Positions 23,901 through 34,849 of a stretch of 64,000 bases of DNA are shown here, one piece after another. The notes beneath the pieces were generated by a model. It made no database searches. It was given only the letters and a program-made list of their open reading frames with translations, and was not told where the DNA came from. Each line of letters opens with the position of its first letter. Position 1 is the first letter of the stretch. The DNA comes from Klebsormidium nitens (Eukaryota > Plantae > Klebsormidiophyceae), in assembly GCA_000708835.1 (NCBI GenBank), contig DF237009.1, forward strand, positions 62,001 through 126,000, written 5' to 3'. Position numbers and translations under genes: made by a program.

Positions 23901-26900
23901 ATTCCTTCACCTTCCTTACAGGTGGCAAACATAGCACAGGCGACGATCAATCGGCTACAGGGCCTTGTGAGCGAGAAGGAGACGGCAATCACGGCATTGC
24001 GCGAGGCCCTCGGCGAGGCGCGGCGGAAGATGCTGGAGCAGCAGGAGCGGGACCGGACGGAGATCGGACGGCTCAACGAGGCCCTCTTCGTGCGGAACGA
24101 GAAGAGCATCCAGGTGTCCCAGTCGTTTCTCCACTCACTATCATTCCTGAACGCGTTTCGCTTGACCGACTACTCATCGGCTCGCTACAACCGCAACCAG
24201 ACAGGAACCGAGTTCGTTCGTGCATTTCACCCTTCGCATATCAACATGCGTACAAGCTTCTGGAGTTGATATCCATATTGGCGAGTCTACTCACCCTGGA
24301 GGCCCTCTCGGCACCAACGAAGGGGTCTTGTGAGCGCGATGCTAGAGAGCTAAGAGGAAGAGGAGCAATGCAACGAAACGAGGCGAGAAAGAGAATCACC
24401 CAAGCTTGGGGTGGAAAGCATGCACTGCCCCAGCAGCTCAATGCTTTATTACCTACCTGCTCACGAAGGAGACCTTTGTAAAGCCCAAGGGCAGATTACC
24501 GATCGAAGCAAGGGTATGTTGGAAAGGAGAGGGCGTGACTGACCGGCACTGAAACACTTGACGGCGTCAACTGCCCACGTTCTCCAAACCACTCACGAAG
24601 CGCAAACGTGTCTGCTTCCGTTTGCTCTTCGCTGCACTCAGAATGTTTGATGACGGGTTGAGTCAGCCCTACGTTGACTCTAACCAGATTGTCGGGCTCA
24701 AACAGATTGAAGCCTGGCAGAACCCGTGGAAGGAGAACGTGGACCAAATTCGGACTTTTCGAAACCTCCACCATTGGGTACTCAGGACTGCGCGCAGTAA
24801 GTAGCTTTTCCCGGCCGCACTGCCTTGGGAACCAGCACTTACCCCGGTACCTCTTGAAGACCAAAACTGTCAGCCGTTATGTACAACGCAAGTACCGGGT
24901 ACAAATTCTGACCAAAATCAGGACCCCGGGCTCAGCATCCCGGGCGGTGGGCACACGCGCGGTCGAAAGGGTACTAAAGCTTGGCAGGGTCTAAAAACTT
25001 CGAATTTGGTCCACGTTCTCCTTCCACGCATTCTGACATCCGAGGTTAACATTCTCCGCACCCATAGCCCACCAAAACCTCAAACCCAAACCCGTCCGTC
25101 CTCTGGATAGTGACGCAACTCAAAGTAGCCATAAGTCGACCCTAAAATGATATCTTGAAATGAAAGTAACTCAAGATTTGAGTATGCCTCCAGGACATGC
25201 GGACGGCCCTCCACGACCTGGGCAAGCGGATGCCCGCCGCCGGCGGCGGCGGGGGCCGCTTTGCGGAGCTGACGTTCGAGGAACTGAAACGGTTTGCAAG
25301 CGAGAAAGAGGAACAGATCGAGGCGCTCCAGCAAGGCCTGCGCGAGTGGGAGGTGAGAATACACAATGTCAAAAGCGCGATTTTACACTGCTGAGTTTCT
25401 GTATGTCAGATGTTGAGGTTCAGAATATAAGATATTGAACATCCGTGGTTCAGAGCTCTAAGATAGGGCTGACAAGCTTCGTGAGTCGTTCGGGGTCTGG
25501 CTGAGAAGTCGGCCCGCCCCTAGTTCATGGAAGCAAACATAGTCCGCTCCACAAGTGGGAGGTGTGGGGTGTCATAGAATCCGTACTTCAGAGATGGAGT
25601 TCAGCGTCTGGATTCCGAGCTATTCGGGATCTGGCTGCAGAATCCCCCTTTAGTACCACTACCCACTATCGAACGATGCAAAGATGTGATGCGGTGGACG
25701 GAATTGGTCATTTCTCGAATTTTCTTCTGGCTGTAGGCGCGGTACAAGGATACGGAGGCGCGCCTGACGCACGAGCGCGACGCGCGGGCGGCCGAGTGCG
25801 CGCGGCTGGAGCAGGAGATCCAAGTGGAGCGCGCGCGCGCGCCCTCCAAGCTCATGGAGAGCCTGGTGGCCAAGCTCAAGGCGCAGCTGGGTATGGCGCT
25901 AACCCGCTCTGAAACCTTTCTCCGAACTTCGATGTGGGAATAGATTACGTGACTACAGATATTTTTTGCTGTCTTCAACTTGAAACCTCTCTTCAAGCCC
26001 TTATCCAACACAAACCTGCTCGGGATGGCCCCAGCGACAATGTTATTTGATATCCCTCCCGCCTTTTGCCGTCAAGGGATGCCCTCTCTTTGAGGGTCGA
26101 GCGGTCTCGCTTCTTTGCGGCTTTCGAAAATAGTCTTGCTCAAAGTCAATTCCCGAATTTTCAAATGGGTTGCTTTTCAAGCTTTCCAAGTGACTTGGTC
26201 CAGTCGTTTCTTCCTCTGGTGGGGTTCTCCGTTTCTTTCGGCTGGGTTCGTTTTTCTCCCTAGAAGTTCTTACATCCCAAAATTTGTTCCCACAGGCGCC
26301 AAGGAATCAAAGCTGGCCCACATGCGCGACGCGATCAAGCAACTAGACGCGCGGCTCGTGGGCGCGCTCCAGGCGAACGCGGACGCGATCCTCGCGCAGA
26401 GCGGCGGCCGCGCGTCCGAGCAACTAGGCGCGGCGGAACTGCGCGGGCGGCTGCGCGAGCTGGGCGAGCGGATGGAGCGCATGCAGGAGGAGGTGCTGCG
26501 CTGCCGCGCGGTGGAGCAGGAGCGGACTGCTGAGGTGGGCGCTGACGTCACGTGCAGCCCTTTGCTGACGCGGAGAGTGGGATTGGACGCCTTGAAGTCG
26601 TTCTTTTATTTGCCTCTCAGAATGACGCCAGTTATGTTCGATGGAACTGGTCGGAAAATTCCTATTGACTTGCTTGCATAGATGCAAAATGGTAGCAGTT
26701 ACAGAGTCTCCGCACTGGGTGTCACGTTGCACCACGTGCTGGCCCCTGGTCAAACCAGGATGGCTCAGTTCTTTGTTGAGGTTGGTCAGCTTAACCACCT
26801 GCCGGTCATCCCAACCTTTAAGATGCTGCAGTACTCTTGGAGTCTGTGTTCGAAAGAAGCAGGCTTTTGGTCAGGCTCGGCCCGACAATTGCCTCCAGAA

Positions 26901-29900
26901 CGATCCTTCGACCGGTCTGACAAAGAAACGTCCGGGATTGCGGACAAACCCAACAATGTCCTTGCCAAAGTGGTAGGATTTAGTCCCACTTCAATATACA
27001 ACAAGGAGCAGACATCGTCTTTCCAAGCCCAGCGGACGGTTAGGAAGTCAGCGTCTAGGGAATTATAGTCCACGTTGGGCACAATCAAACTGAGTAACGC
27101 ATTCGCACATGTCAACTGCTCCGCATTCGTTACCTCAGCCCTCGTGCTGGTACCCCTCTCTAGAACCCGCAGTGAGCGTATAAGGAGACTGAGTCCGGCT
27201 CCGGTGTTTTGCAGTGCCAAGCCCTTAAGGAGGAGATCTTCAAGGAGAAGGAAGCGGGCCGTCGCCTGACAAATGAGCTCCACCGCACCAAACCCTCGGG
27301 CGAGGCCGCGGGCGCCCAAACCTCTAAACCCTCCGAGGCCGACGCAGTCGCGGAGCTTAAGGAGAAGGTGCGGATCTTGGCCGTCCAAAACAAGCGGCTG
27401 CAGGGCCAACTCGCGGACGCCCGCAAAAGCCTTTCGGACGGCCCGGGGAAGCATGCGGACGCACAGCAGGAAAATTCGGACGGCCGGAAAACTTATCCGG
27501 ACGCCTCGGGGAAGCATTTGGACGCCCGGGAGAAAGGCCCGGACGCTCGGCCCGCTAATACGGACGCCCAGCCCAGCAGGTCGGACCACAGGAAAGGACT
27601 GCGCGAGAGTGGTCCGCTCTCCACGACCCGCCGGCCGGCGTCAGCCAAAGCGGCTATCTCGAAAGAGAGTACCGGAACGGATACCGGAGCGGACCCGAAA
27701 GGTACCGGGGGGATCCCTGGAACAGCCCGGACGAAGCGCGCGAGCAGCGACGGGTGGCCGGAGGGCGGCGAGGGTACGCGCAGGGGTTTAGGAGGGTTTG
27801 GCGCGACGGGGAGGGTCGGGTTCGGCGAACGGGACAGGGGTTTGGGAGGGTTAGGGGTAACGGAAGGGACGGGGCATGAGGATAAGGAGAATGCGGGGAG
27901 CAGTGCACCGACAAAGGATCAAGGGGGAGAGACTCAGGCTTCGAGTAAGGAGTCTTGAAAAAGTTGCATCCTTTGTTGGGCTGGTTTACTTGGTCTTTTC
28001 GTAAGAACGCAGAGTCCATGTGTGGATGCAGGAGAGTCTAAGTATGGATGCGAAGCTACTTTGACTGATTTGAATAAAGCAAAAGCCTGGTTCGCGAGAC
28101 ATGCACTCGAACTGACCGTGCAAAGGGTAAGTGTGCACAAGCGGTCTTGTTACATGTCAAATCGGAAGGTACTAAAACTGGAAAAATTGACGGTGTCATA
28201 TTAGCTTTAAAATGATCAAATGCAGAGACCAGTCAGCTGAACGACAGTCGATTACTGACTTTATCAAGAGGATTCCAAAATGTCGAAGGGTTTTATATTC
28301 GCAAGCACTCTGCATCTGTCTGTATAGCTGGCAATTGGAGGAGCTTACGCGATCTTTAAGATTTTGAAAGTTTCTTCTCAGATTGGACCCGCTAACCAGA
28401 CAAATGCCCAAACTCTTGAATCGGGTTTTCTTTTGTTTGCAGCCGGCGCCCTCGCCGCTTGGGAAGAACACAAGCGAACCGTGCGCCGGCTCGACTCCCT
28501 CCGCGCGAAAGTCGCGCAGTCCAAGAAGGACCTCGACGGAGCCGAGGCCAAACTGCGGGGGGCCCAAGAGCGGATCGCGCAGCTCGAGGCGGAGCGCGAC
28601 AAGTACCGGGACAAAGTGCGCGCGCTGGAGGCCGCCCGGCGCGATGCCGACGGCCGCGGGCCGCGGCTCGGCGACGCGGCCAAGATCCGGGGTCTAACGG
28701 AGGGTTTGGAAGAAGTAGAGCGGGAGAACGAGCGTCTGCGGAAGACGGTCTTTGTCGAGAAGGAGCGGGAGATTACGGAGCTCCGGCGAAGACTCGAGCG
28801 GAACGACGGCGGAACGGGCAAAATCCCGGAAAGCCTGACGCCCGGGGGTGCGCAGAGAGGGGGTATTGGGAGAGGGGGATCCCCCCGATTCGAGGCGCCT
28901 AACGAATCCGGGGCTGCCACGTTGCAGCATCTGGAGGAATGTAAAAAGGCGCTACTGGAGAAAGACAATGCCAATCTGGAGCTTCGATTCGAAAAAGAAA
29001 AGAGTCTGCTGCAGCTAGCGAGAGTGCAGCGGCGTCTGAAGTTACTGTTCGACGAGGAGATGGCTCCTCCGGGGAATTCGCCGAGCGGAACTCCCCGCGG
29101 GGGGGCCACGGTGCGTGGCAAAACGACCCCCCGGAAGGAGCAGGAGATGGAGGGCGTGATTGAGGCGCTGAAAAAGGTAGCGGAAAAGCTGCGGGCGGAA
29201 AACGAGGCGCTGCGGAAAGCGAGCCATAGCAACGTGAAGTACATGGAGATGGTGAATAAAGGCCGGGAGATGGGGAAGAGAGTGCGCGAGCTCGAAGCGG
29301 AGCTCGAAACCGCGCGCAGGTGGGCGCGCGCTGCTGGATACAGATTGTCAAACTCGCACTGCCCCTTGGCTCCATCCTTATGGATGGTTTGATGTTTCGG
29401 CATCGCAGGTCTCAAAGTTCTCAATTCCACCTCCTAGGTTTCTGCCGTCCAGATCGTCTCGAATTGGCACCAGTGCTTTTGGCATAAGATTTGGTGCAAT
29501 GTCCTTTTCTGTATAGTCGCGGAAGGGTTAGTCCGCAGTCAAACCGGGGCACTGCTCGCGACTTTTCTTGAACCGCCTCCTTTCCCGTCTCCCTCAATGC
29601 ATGTGATAGGGTACGGGGCGACGGATCAAAAAGGGTTAAACTATCGGTTGACAGGAAGGGGTGCCTCTCAAGATCCCAAAATCTAACTCAAGTTTGCGAG
29701 AACATGAGGACCAGGTTCGAAAAGGGAAGTCAATCTTTACCCGGAAAGAGCGACAGGCACCTCCTTCACCCCTGAACTCAAAAAGAAAGACCGCGACTGG
29801 TAAGAATGCAACTTCTTGTTTTTACAAACCGATCAGAACCCGCAGCTCTTATGTTTGAGGATCCTTATCCTTGCAGGAATAGCGACGGGGAGCTCCTCAA

Positions 29901-31739
29901 GAAGACATCGAAGTTGGAGGACTCGCAGGCCACCCTCCGCGCCGACCTCCGCAAAACCAAGGACGAGAACCAGTCCCTGAAGCTCGCCCTGGAGGAAGCG
30001 CGCGCGGCGCGTGCGCGCGCAGAGAGGGAGCTCGCGGCCGCGGCCGCGGCCGCGCGCGCGCCGGCCGTCCCCGAGGAGGAGTACGCGGAGCTGGCGCGAA
30101 CGTGCGGGGAGCGGGAGGAGGAGATCGGACGGCTCAGGGCCGAGCTGCGGGAGCGATCGACGGCTGAGGAAGAGTTGGCGCTCCAGCTGGCGGCCGCGGA
30201 GGACGAGCTGGATTTGCTGCACGGCCAGCGGGCGGTGCGCAACGCGGTGGGGCTGGAGCAGCTCGCGGCGGAGGTAAGGCTTAGGATTTGGGTTTAAACG
30301 ACGGGGTTTTCCCACGTTAGAGCAATTTTCTTAGGTTATTGGGAACTAGTGAGAAGATTTGGTAGATCGTCAGATTATCGGGGTTTCCCTTACATTGTCG
30401 GGGATCTGTTAGGGGTCTGTTAGGCTAGTTTGGGGTGCCTGTTAGGATATCTGGATTTCCTTACTTTGTCAGAATCTGATCACTTCGTCGAGGTTTTGTA
30501 AGTCACAGGGTTCAGAGTAGTAGGAAAATGAAGTCAATGTCTCTGCTCTGGCGTTCGAACAGTTGCCGGCTTTATATATACTGGATGGCTCACAACGTAC
30601 TGGAGGATTAATCAGCAATTTAATCGGGTCGAAAAACACGGCTTCGTCAGGGGGATTGCGTTTCACACTTGAAGCATCTATGAAGTACAACGGGTCTCGC
30701 AAAATGCACAATGCGCAGTAAAATGGAGCATCTACGAAGCACTACGGGTCTCGCAAAATGCTTCATGTTCGGTGTTTGGAGACTGGCAAAGAGGCAACGG
30801 CGGGACTGGTGTTGCATCGTCCTTATAGCCGGAACGATTACGAAGTGGCATCGCAGCCCTTCATCTCTAACGCTTTCAAAGAATTTTATGGAAACTCTAG
30901 TTGTGCATAATCTCCCCACAGTTGACAAAGTTGCGGGGCCACGTGGCAAGCCTGGAGGCCGAGCGTGAAGAATCGCTCCTCGAAGCGGCGGAGCGCGATA
31001 CGGGTGGAACGGACGGAGCGAACGGAATGCCGGAACGCGACCCGAGCGGAATGGGCACCGAGGCGCGCAGGCTGGCCGAGGAAAACCGGCGGTTGCGCGC
31101 CGAACTTGCGTCTTACAGCCCCGCGTTTTTCCAGGAGGTCGAGGAACTGAAAGCGGACCACCACGAACTGATTAAGGTGGGAATAAGGATCTGGGGTTTC
31201 GATTTCGAAAGATTAGAATTTGGCTTTTGGGTTTTATGCTTTGTGAAGTTGAGAGATCTGGATTCTTTGGCTTTTAGATTTTGGTGACCATCAGCGCTCG
31301 GAAGAAGTGCAGCTCTTTCAAGCTTTGATATAATAGAAGAGGATCAATGCGAGCTGATGGATGGTTTTCCGGGCGTCGAGAAATTGGGAGTTTGGGCTTT
31401 GCGAATCTTGGGAGTTCGCTTTCTGGGATTTTCTGTGGTTGTGACTCTTTTGAGAGGTTGGGGAACTGAACCGTTTTCCGTACGCGAGAAGCCATGGAAC
31501 AAGTCACACTGAAGTTGTTCCAACTCTTGGTTTGCTGGTATGAGCTTCTAAATCGGATAAGATTACCCAACTTGAAAGCATGCCTTTGGGGAGTGTATGC
31601 CTTTCGCGCTACGAGCTCCGCGTGACGTTATTGCTGATGAGCATTTGTGTCTGTTCAGCTGTGCGACCGGTACGAAGCCCTCTTACACGACCATGCGCGG
31701 AAGACGGGGAGTGTGTTTACTCCGGGCAACGTCGACTAA
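5910..31739 (+). CDS. CEP290: Centrosomal protein of 290 kDa (ciliary transition zone), 30 exons, about 2756 aa
   Basis: Exons 5910-6017, 6558-6659, 7034-7160, 8369-8524, 8982-9118, 9759-9809, 10430-10545, 10956-11106, 12010-12195, 12909-13122, 13753-13892, 14405-14574, 15147-16737, 17410-17556, 17933-18373, 18923-19060, 19544-19732, 20069-20257, 20968-21287, 21613-21850, 22578-22853, 23922-24113, 25194-25352, 25737-25890, 26296-26534, 27215-27944, 28443-29319, 29877-30273, 30922-31176, 31659-31739. All phases join into one 8271-nt ORF. Diagnostic CEP290 motifs: RLADYEAGVYGLSEA (human RLKDYESGVYGLEDA), ENRFLRQKAG..AVDLGDFR, IAQATINRL, APSKLMESLVAKLKAQL, AWEEHKR, YSPAFFQEVEELK. Confidence 0.93.
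7748..8260 (+). repeat. Four degenerate intronic copies of the acceptor plus 5' end of CEP290 exon 4
   Basis: Variants of cgcag|actcggaggcgctggtgggcaagctggagggcgagatcgaggac at about 7750, 7929, 8056 and 8195. The real exon starts at 8369. Confidence 0.9.
9213..9512 (+). repeat. Three degenerate intronic copies of the 3' end plus donor of CEP290 exon 5
   Basis: Variants of gagcggcagcggaacgagcggatcgagtcg|gtgagcggacgtct at about 9215, 9342 and 9477. The real donor is at 9119. Confidence 0.88.
11548..12660 (+). repeat. Degenerate copies of both ends of CEP290 exon 12010-12195
   Basis: Copies of the 5' end at about 11555 and 11821; copies of the 3' end at about 12259, 12427 and 12612. Confidence 0.88.
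14130..14870 (+). repeat. Degenerate copies of both ends of CEP290 exon 14405-14574
   Basis: Copies of the 5' end at about 14130 and 14262; copies of the 3' end at about 14652 and 14772. Confidence 0.88.
16757..16944. repeat. Intronic inverted repeat, 19-bp arms with 1 mismatch
   Basis: ggtaactcccatttcactt (16757-16775) pairs with aagtgaagtgggagttacc (16926-16944). Confidence 0.85.
23210..23921 (+). repeat. Tandem array (period about 153-155 bp) of acceptor plus 5' end of CEP290 exon 23922-24113
   Basis: AG|GT acceptor copies end at 23460, 23613, 23768 and the real site at 23921. Older fragments lie at about 23218 and 23323. Confidence 0.95.
24725..25028. repeat. Intronic element with perfect 28-bp inverted repeats (MITE-like)
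   Basis: cgtggaaggagaacgtggaccaaattcg (24725-24752) is the exact reverse complement of 25001-25028. No target-site duplication identified. Confidence 0.8.
27414..27600 (+). repeat. In-frame 21-bp minisatellite, 9 units, in CEP290 exon 27215-27944
   Basis: (C/T)GGAC occurs at 27414, 27435, 27456, 27477, 27498, 27519, 27540, 27561 and 27582. It encodes ADARKSL SDGPGKH ADAQQEN SDGRKTY PDASGKH LDAREKG PDARPAN TDAQPSR SD. Confidence 0.92.
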
Positions 31740-34700
31740 AATGAGGACAAATGAAGCCTGCATCTTTTGCTCGCTAAGCCTGGGCGCTGTGACATCTTAT
31801 GCTGGGTCGCAATGCCACTCATTGCGGGTTTTTCAGTAATGCAGGGATGTTTCAAAATGATGCACTGTTCGTAACCCCAGTATTGCAAGTGATGCTGCGA
31901 CCTCGATCGACCAAATCGATTGAAGGCTTCAATAATTCCTTCATTACTCGGCTTCATGCACGGTTCGTTTCAACACTTGCAGAGTGAGTCTCGCTGTGAC
32001 GTAGGCCGTATTGTTTATAGATCATGAAAGTGTTGGTTATGACACGCTTGTGACGTCAATACCAGTCATGCAGAATCTAGTAGAGTCAGTCCGGGGACAT
32101 CAGATCCTTTTTGAGAAGGATGTTAGATCTGGTTGATCATTAAGTCTCATACGGTTGGCGGTTGAATCGAAGAATAAAGTGATACATTGTAAGGCAATGC
32201 ATGAGAGCATGTAGATTTCGAACACCAAGACTAGTAACTGCGAACCAAACCCGGACAGCGAGCATTGAAGGCTCTGTATTGACTTCGTTGGCGGCCGCCA
32301 GTGTATAACTCCATTTAACACGCGCGCCGGGGTTCAGGAAAAGCTAACCGTCTCCACATTGCCGCCCGCTGTGAACCGGGTGGGCTATTAGGACATGGAT
32401 TCAAGCTACGGAAAAATCCTAACCAGGTTGACTCCGTCTGCAAGGAGTAGTGCGTACACCCCGCTTGAAGCAACTGATTGGCACATTCTAGATCAACTTG
32501 AAGGCAGCCTGACACAAATCCGACGAAGCAAGAATCTGCTGTCAGTGCTGAGAAGAATTTCTCTAGCTTGCACGAGGCCTCGATGCCGGAGTCACGTGGG
32601 CAGTAGATAGCCTGACGGTAGTAGCCTGAGACAGAACTTGAATATAGCGCGGACCCGCGCGGCCGGGCCAGGCTACAGCCCTGTCACTGTAGGCGGCCGG
32701 CCCGCCCGGCAAGCTGTACGGTCGAAGTCACCGGACGGTTACGATCTGCCGAAACCGGACATTGATCTCTATCGGACGGTTTCAAGCTGCCTATTAATAA
32801 TGCGCGCGCAAATGAGTGGACCACCCTTATCACTTGGACAAGCGAACATCTAGCGGTAGTTGAAAGTCGTCAGATATTGCGAGAGCACATTACCTAGAAC
32901 ATCATAGAACAAGTAAACCACCAGTGCAAACACTGAGTCTGTCATCGTGTCATCGTACCGTGCACCTCCAGTGAGCCTTGTAGGCGTGTCTTCTACAAAC
33001 CTTATGAGTTTCGGCTGAGCGAAAATCGGCAGAGCCTGCGATCATCAGACTCCGATGCAATAATTCTGGAATAGAAGCCGAAAGCACCTACATGTTGTAC
33101 TGCTCCAGGTCTCTGTATTGCAGATCAGCAGTGCAGGACTCGCTCAGCTCGTCACTTTGCACCAGCCTGTCCGTCTCTAAAGCTGTTTTTAATACTCTCA
33201 ACCACCGCGAATAGTACCTGCTTATTGCTTACGTACATTGAAACCTGAACTTGCATTCAAGTTCTTTAATGGACCGGACCTTCAATCATCACCGTACAAT
33301 ACGTTCTCCTTGAAAGATTAATGCAAGATCCGATTGTCATGGGGCCGTACATCTGTACTTTTGTTGTACGGTAGGAATCTGTCCCCTTAATTGAGTAAAT
33401 GAGAATGGCCTCCCTAACCGGGAGGCATTTTTGGGGTTAATATGGAATCGTGTGTCGTGCAGTGAGTTTCGACTCTGGCCTTGTAGGTGCGGCAGGGTTA
33501 TTTGGGGGTTAGGGTAAGTTAAGGATGCGGATGGGGTTTTCTGAGTTAGGGGTTCCCTTGGTGAGACGAGCGATGTTGCCAATCACCGGTTTCAATAGAG
33601 TGGAAGATGAATCGACGGTGTCCGGTCTTCAAGGTCAAAGCTCGGTGGTGCCAAGTTTAGCCAATGAATTCACGGATAAAAATAAAATAGCTTTAATACC
33701 GCGAATTTGACATGCCAATACAGGGAGGCAACCAGGATGAGAATTTGTAGAGAAACGTGGTTAAGAGGTAACAAGGTCCAATCGTGCTGCAGAACGAGGA
33801 CGGGTCGGTTAACTATTCAGGTGTTGCCAGGGGTGCGGAGCGCAACATCATGTTGCATTTAGGGTTTCAGTCCCATTTCAGAGGTGGGTTAATTCAAATG
33901 AATCCTCTTTGTTAACAAATATGAAGTCCTTACGGATGAAAACCTACGGCTAGGATAAAGTCTGAAAGCATGCCTCGATCATGACTTTCTTTCATCTAGA
34001 GACCATCGACTCGCAGTCCTGACTCTACACTTGGAACTCCAGGAGCGGGTTTGAAGTTTATTTCTTTGGTTTGGGAACGTTGAATATCTTGACTGCCACA
34101 GGTCTGGATTCTTTATCCTCTGGAAACCATAGGCTGGTTCGTTATGCTCCATTTCCCAAGTCTGGCCTCTAGGAGAAGATCGTGGAAGACCATGGAAGAC
34201 TCAGAAGACCTAGCTGAACGGCCGTTCTTCCTCGGAGAAGACTGGTACGAATACGGCAATCTTCTCACAAACGACTTAAAAGACCTACTTGATTGGACTT
34301 TCTGGTATGGAGAATCTCAATCAGGTCAACTGCGCGGATCACACATAAAGTGCGGCAGCGTGCGAAGATATTATTAGGTGCAGATCCGCTGGCCGTTACG
34401 ATTTCTAGCTTTAGATTATTAATCGCAAAAATACATTGAATTAGCAGGTGCTGAGGATCACAATTTTCTGGTCAACCTTGTCTTCGCCTCCAAAATCAAG
34501 GAACCAAAGTCGTAAGCGGGAGCCTAACATAAAAGTGATCGAAGTGAGGAAGAAAGGGGAGAAGGACGAGACGAAAAGAGTATAGCAGCAGAAGCGTTCA
34601 GTCGTCTCTCCAACTAAAGTGCACGGAAAACTTGTCAATGGCCTACTGCCAAAGTGAAGGAGAAGAGAAAGAAAGAACGAGCGGGGACACGTTAGTAGAG

Positions 34701-34849
34701 AAGAGCACCGAAATGTCTGTGAAGGTCCCTTACTTGCAGAGCAGCCCGGCTCAATGAGGCGGGGAGGGAGGCGCAACGTCAGATCTGCACAAAGAGGCAA
34801 TCGTGTGGAGGTCTTTGAGTAGAAGGGCCTGGAAAACAACGGAAGCACG

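Noticed and set aside
32650-32710. GC-rich imperfect hairpin between CEP290 and the kinase
   Set aside because: Pairing is short and interrupted, which is unremarkable at this GC content.
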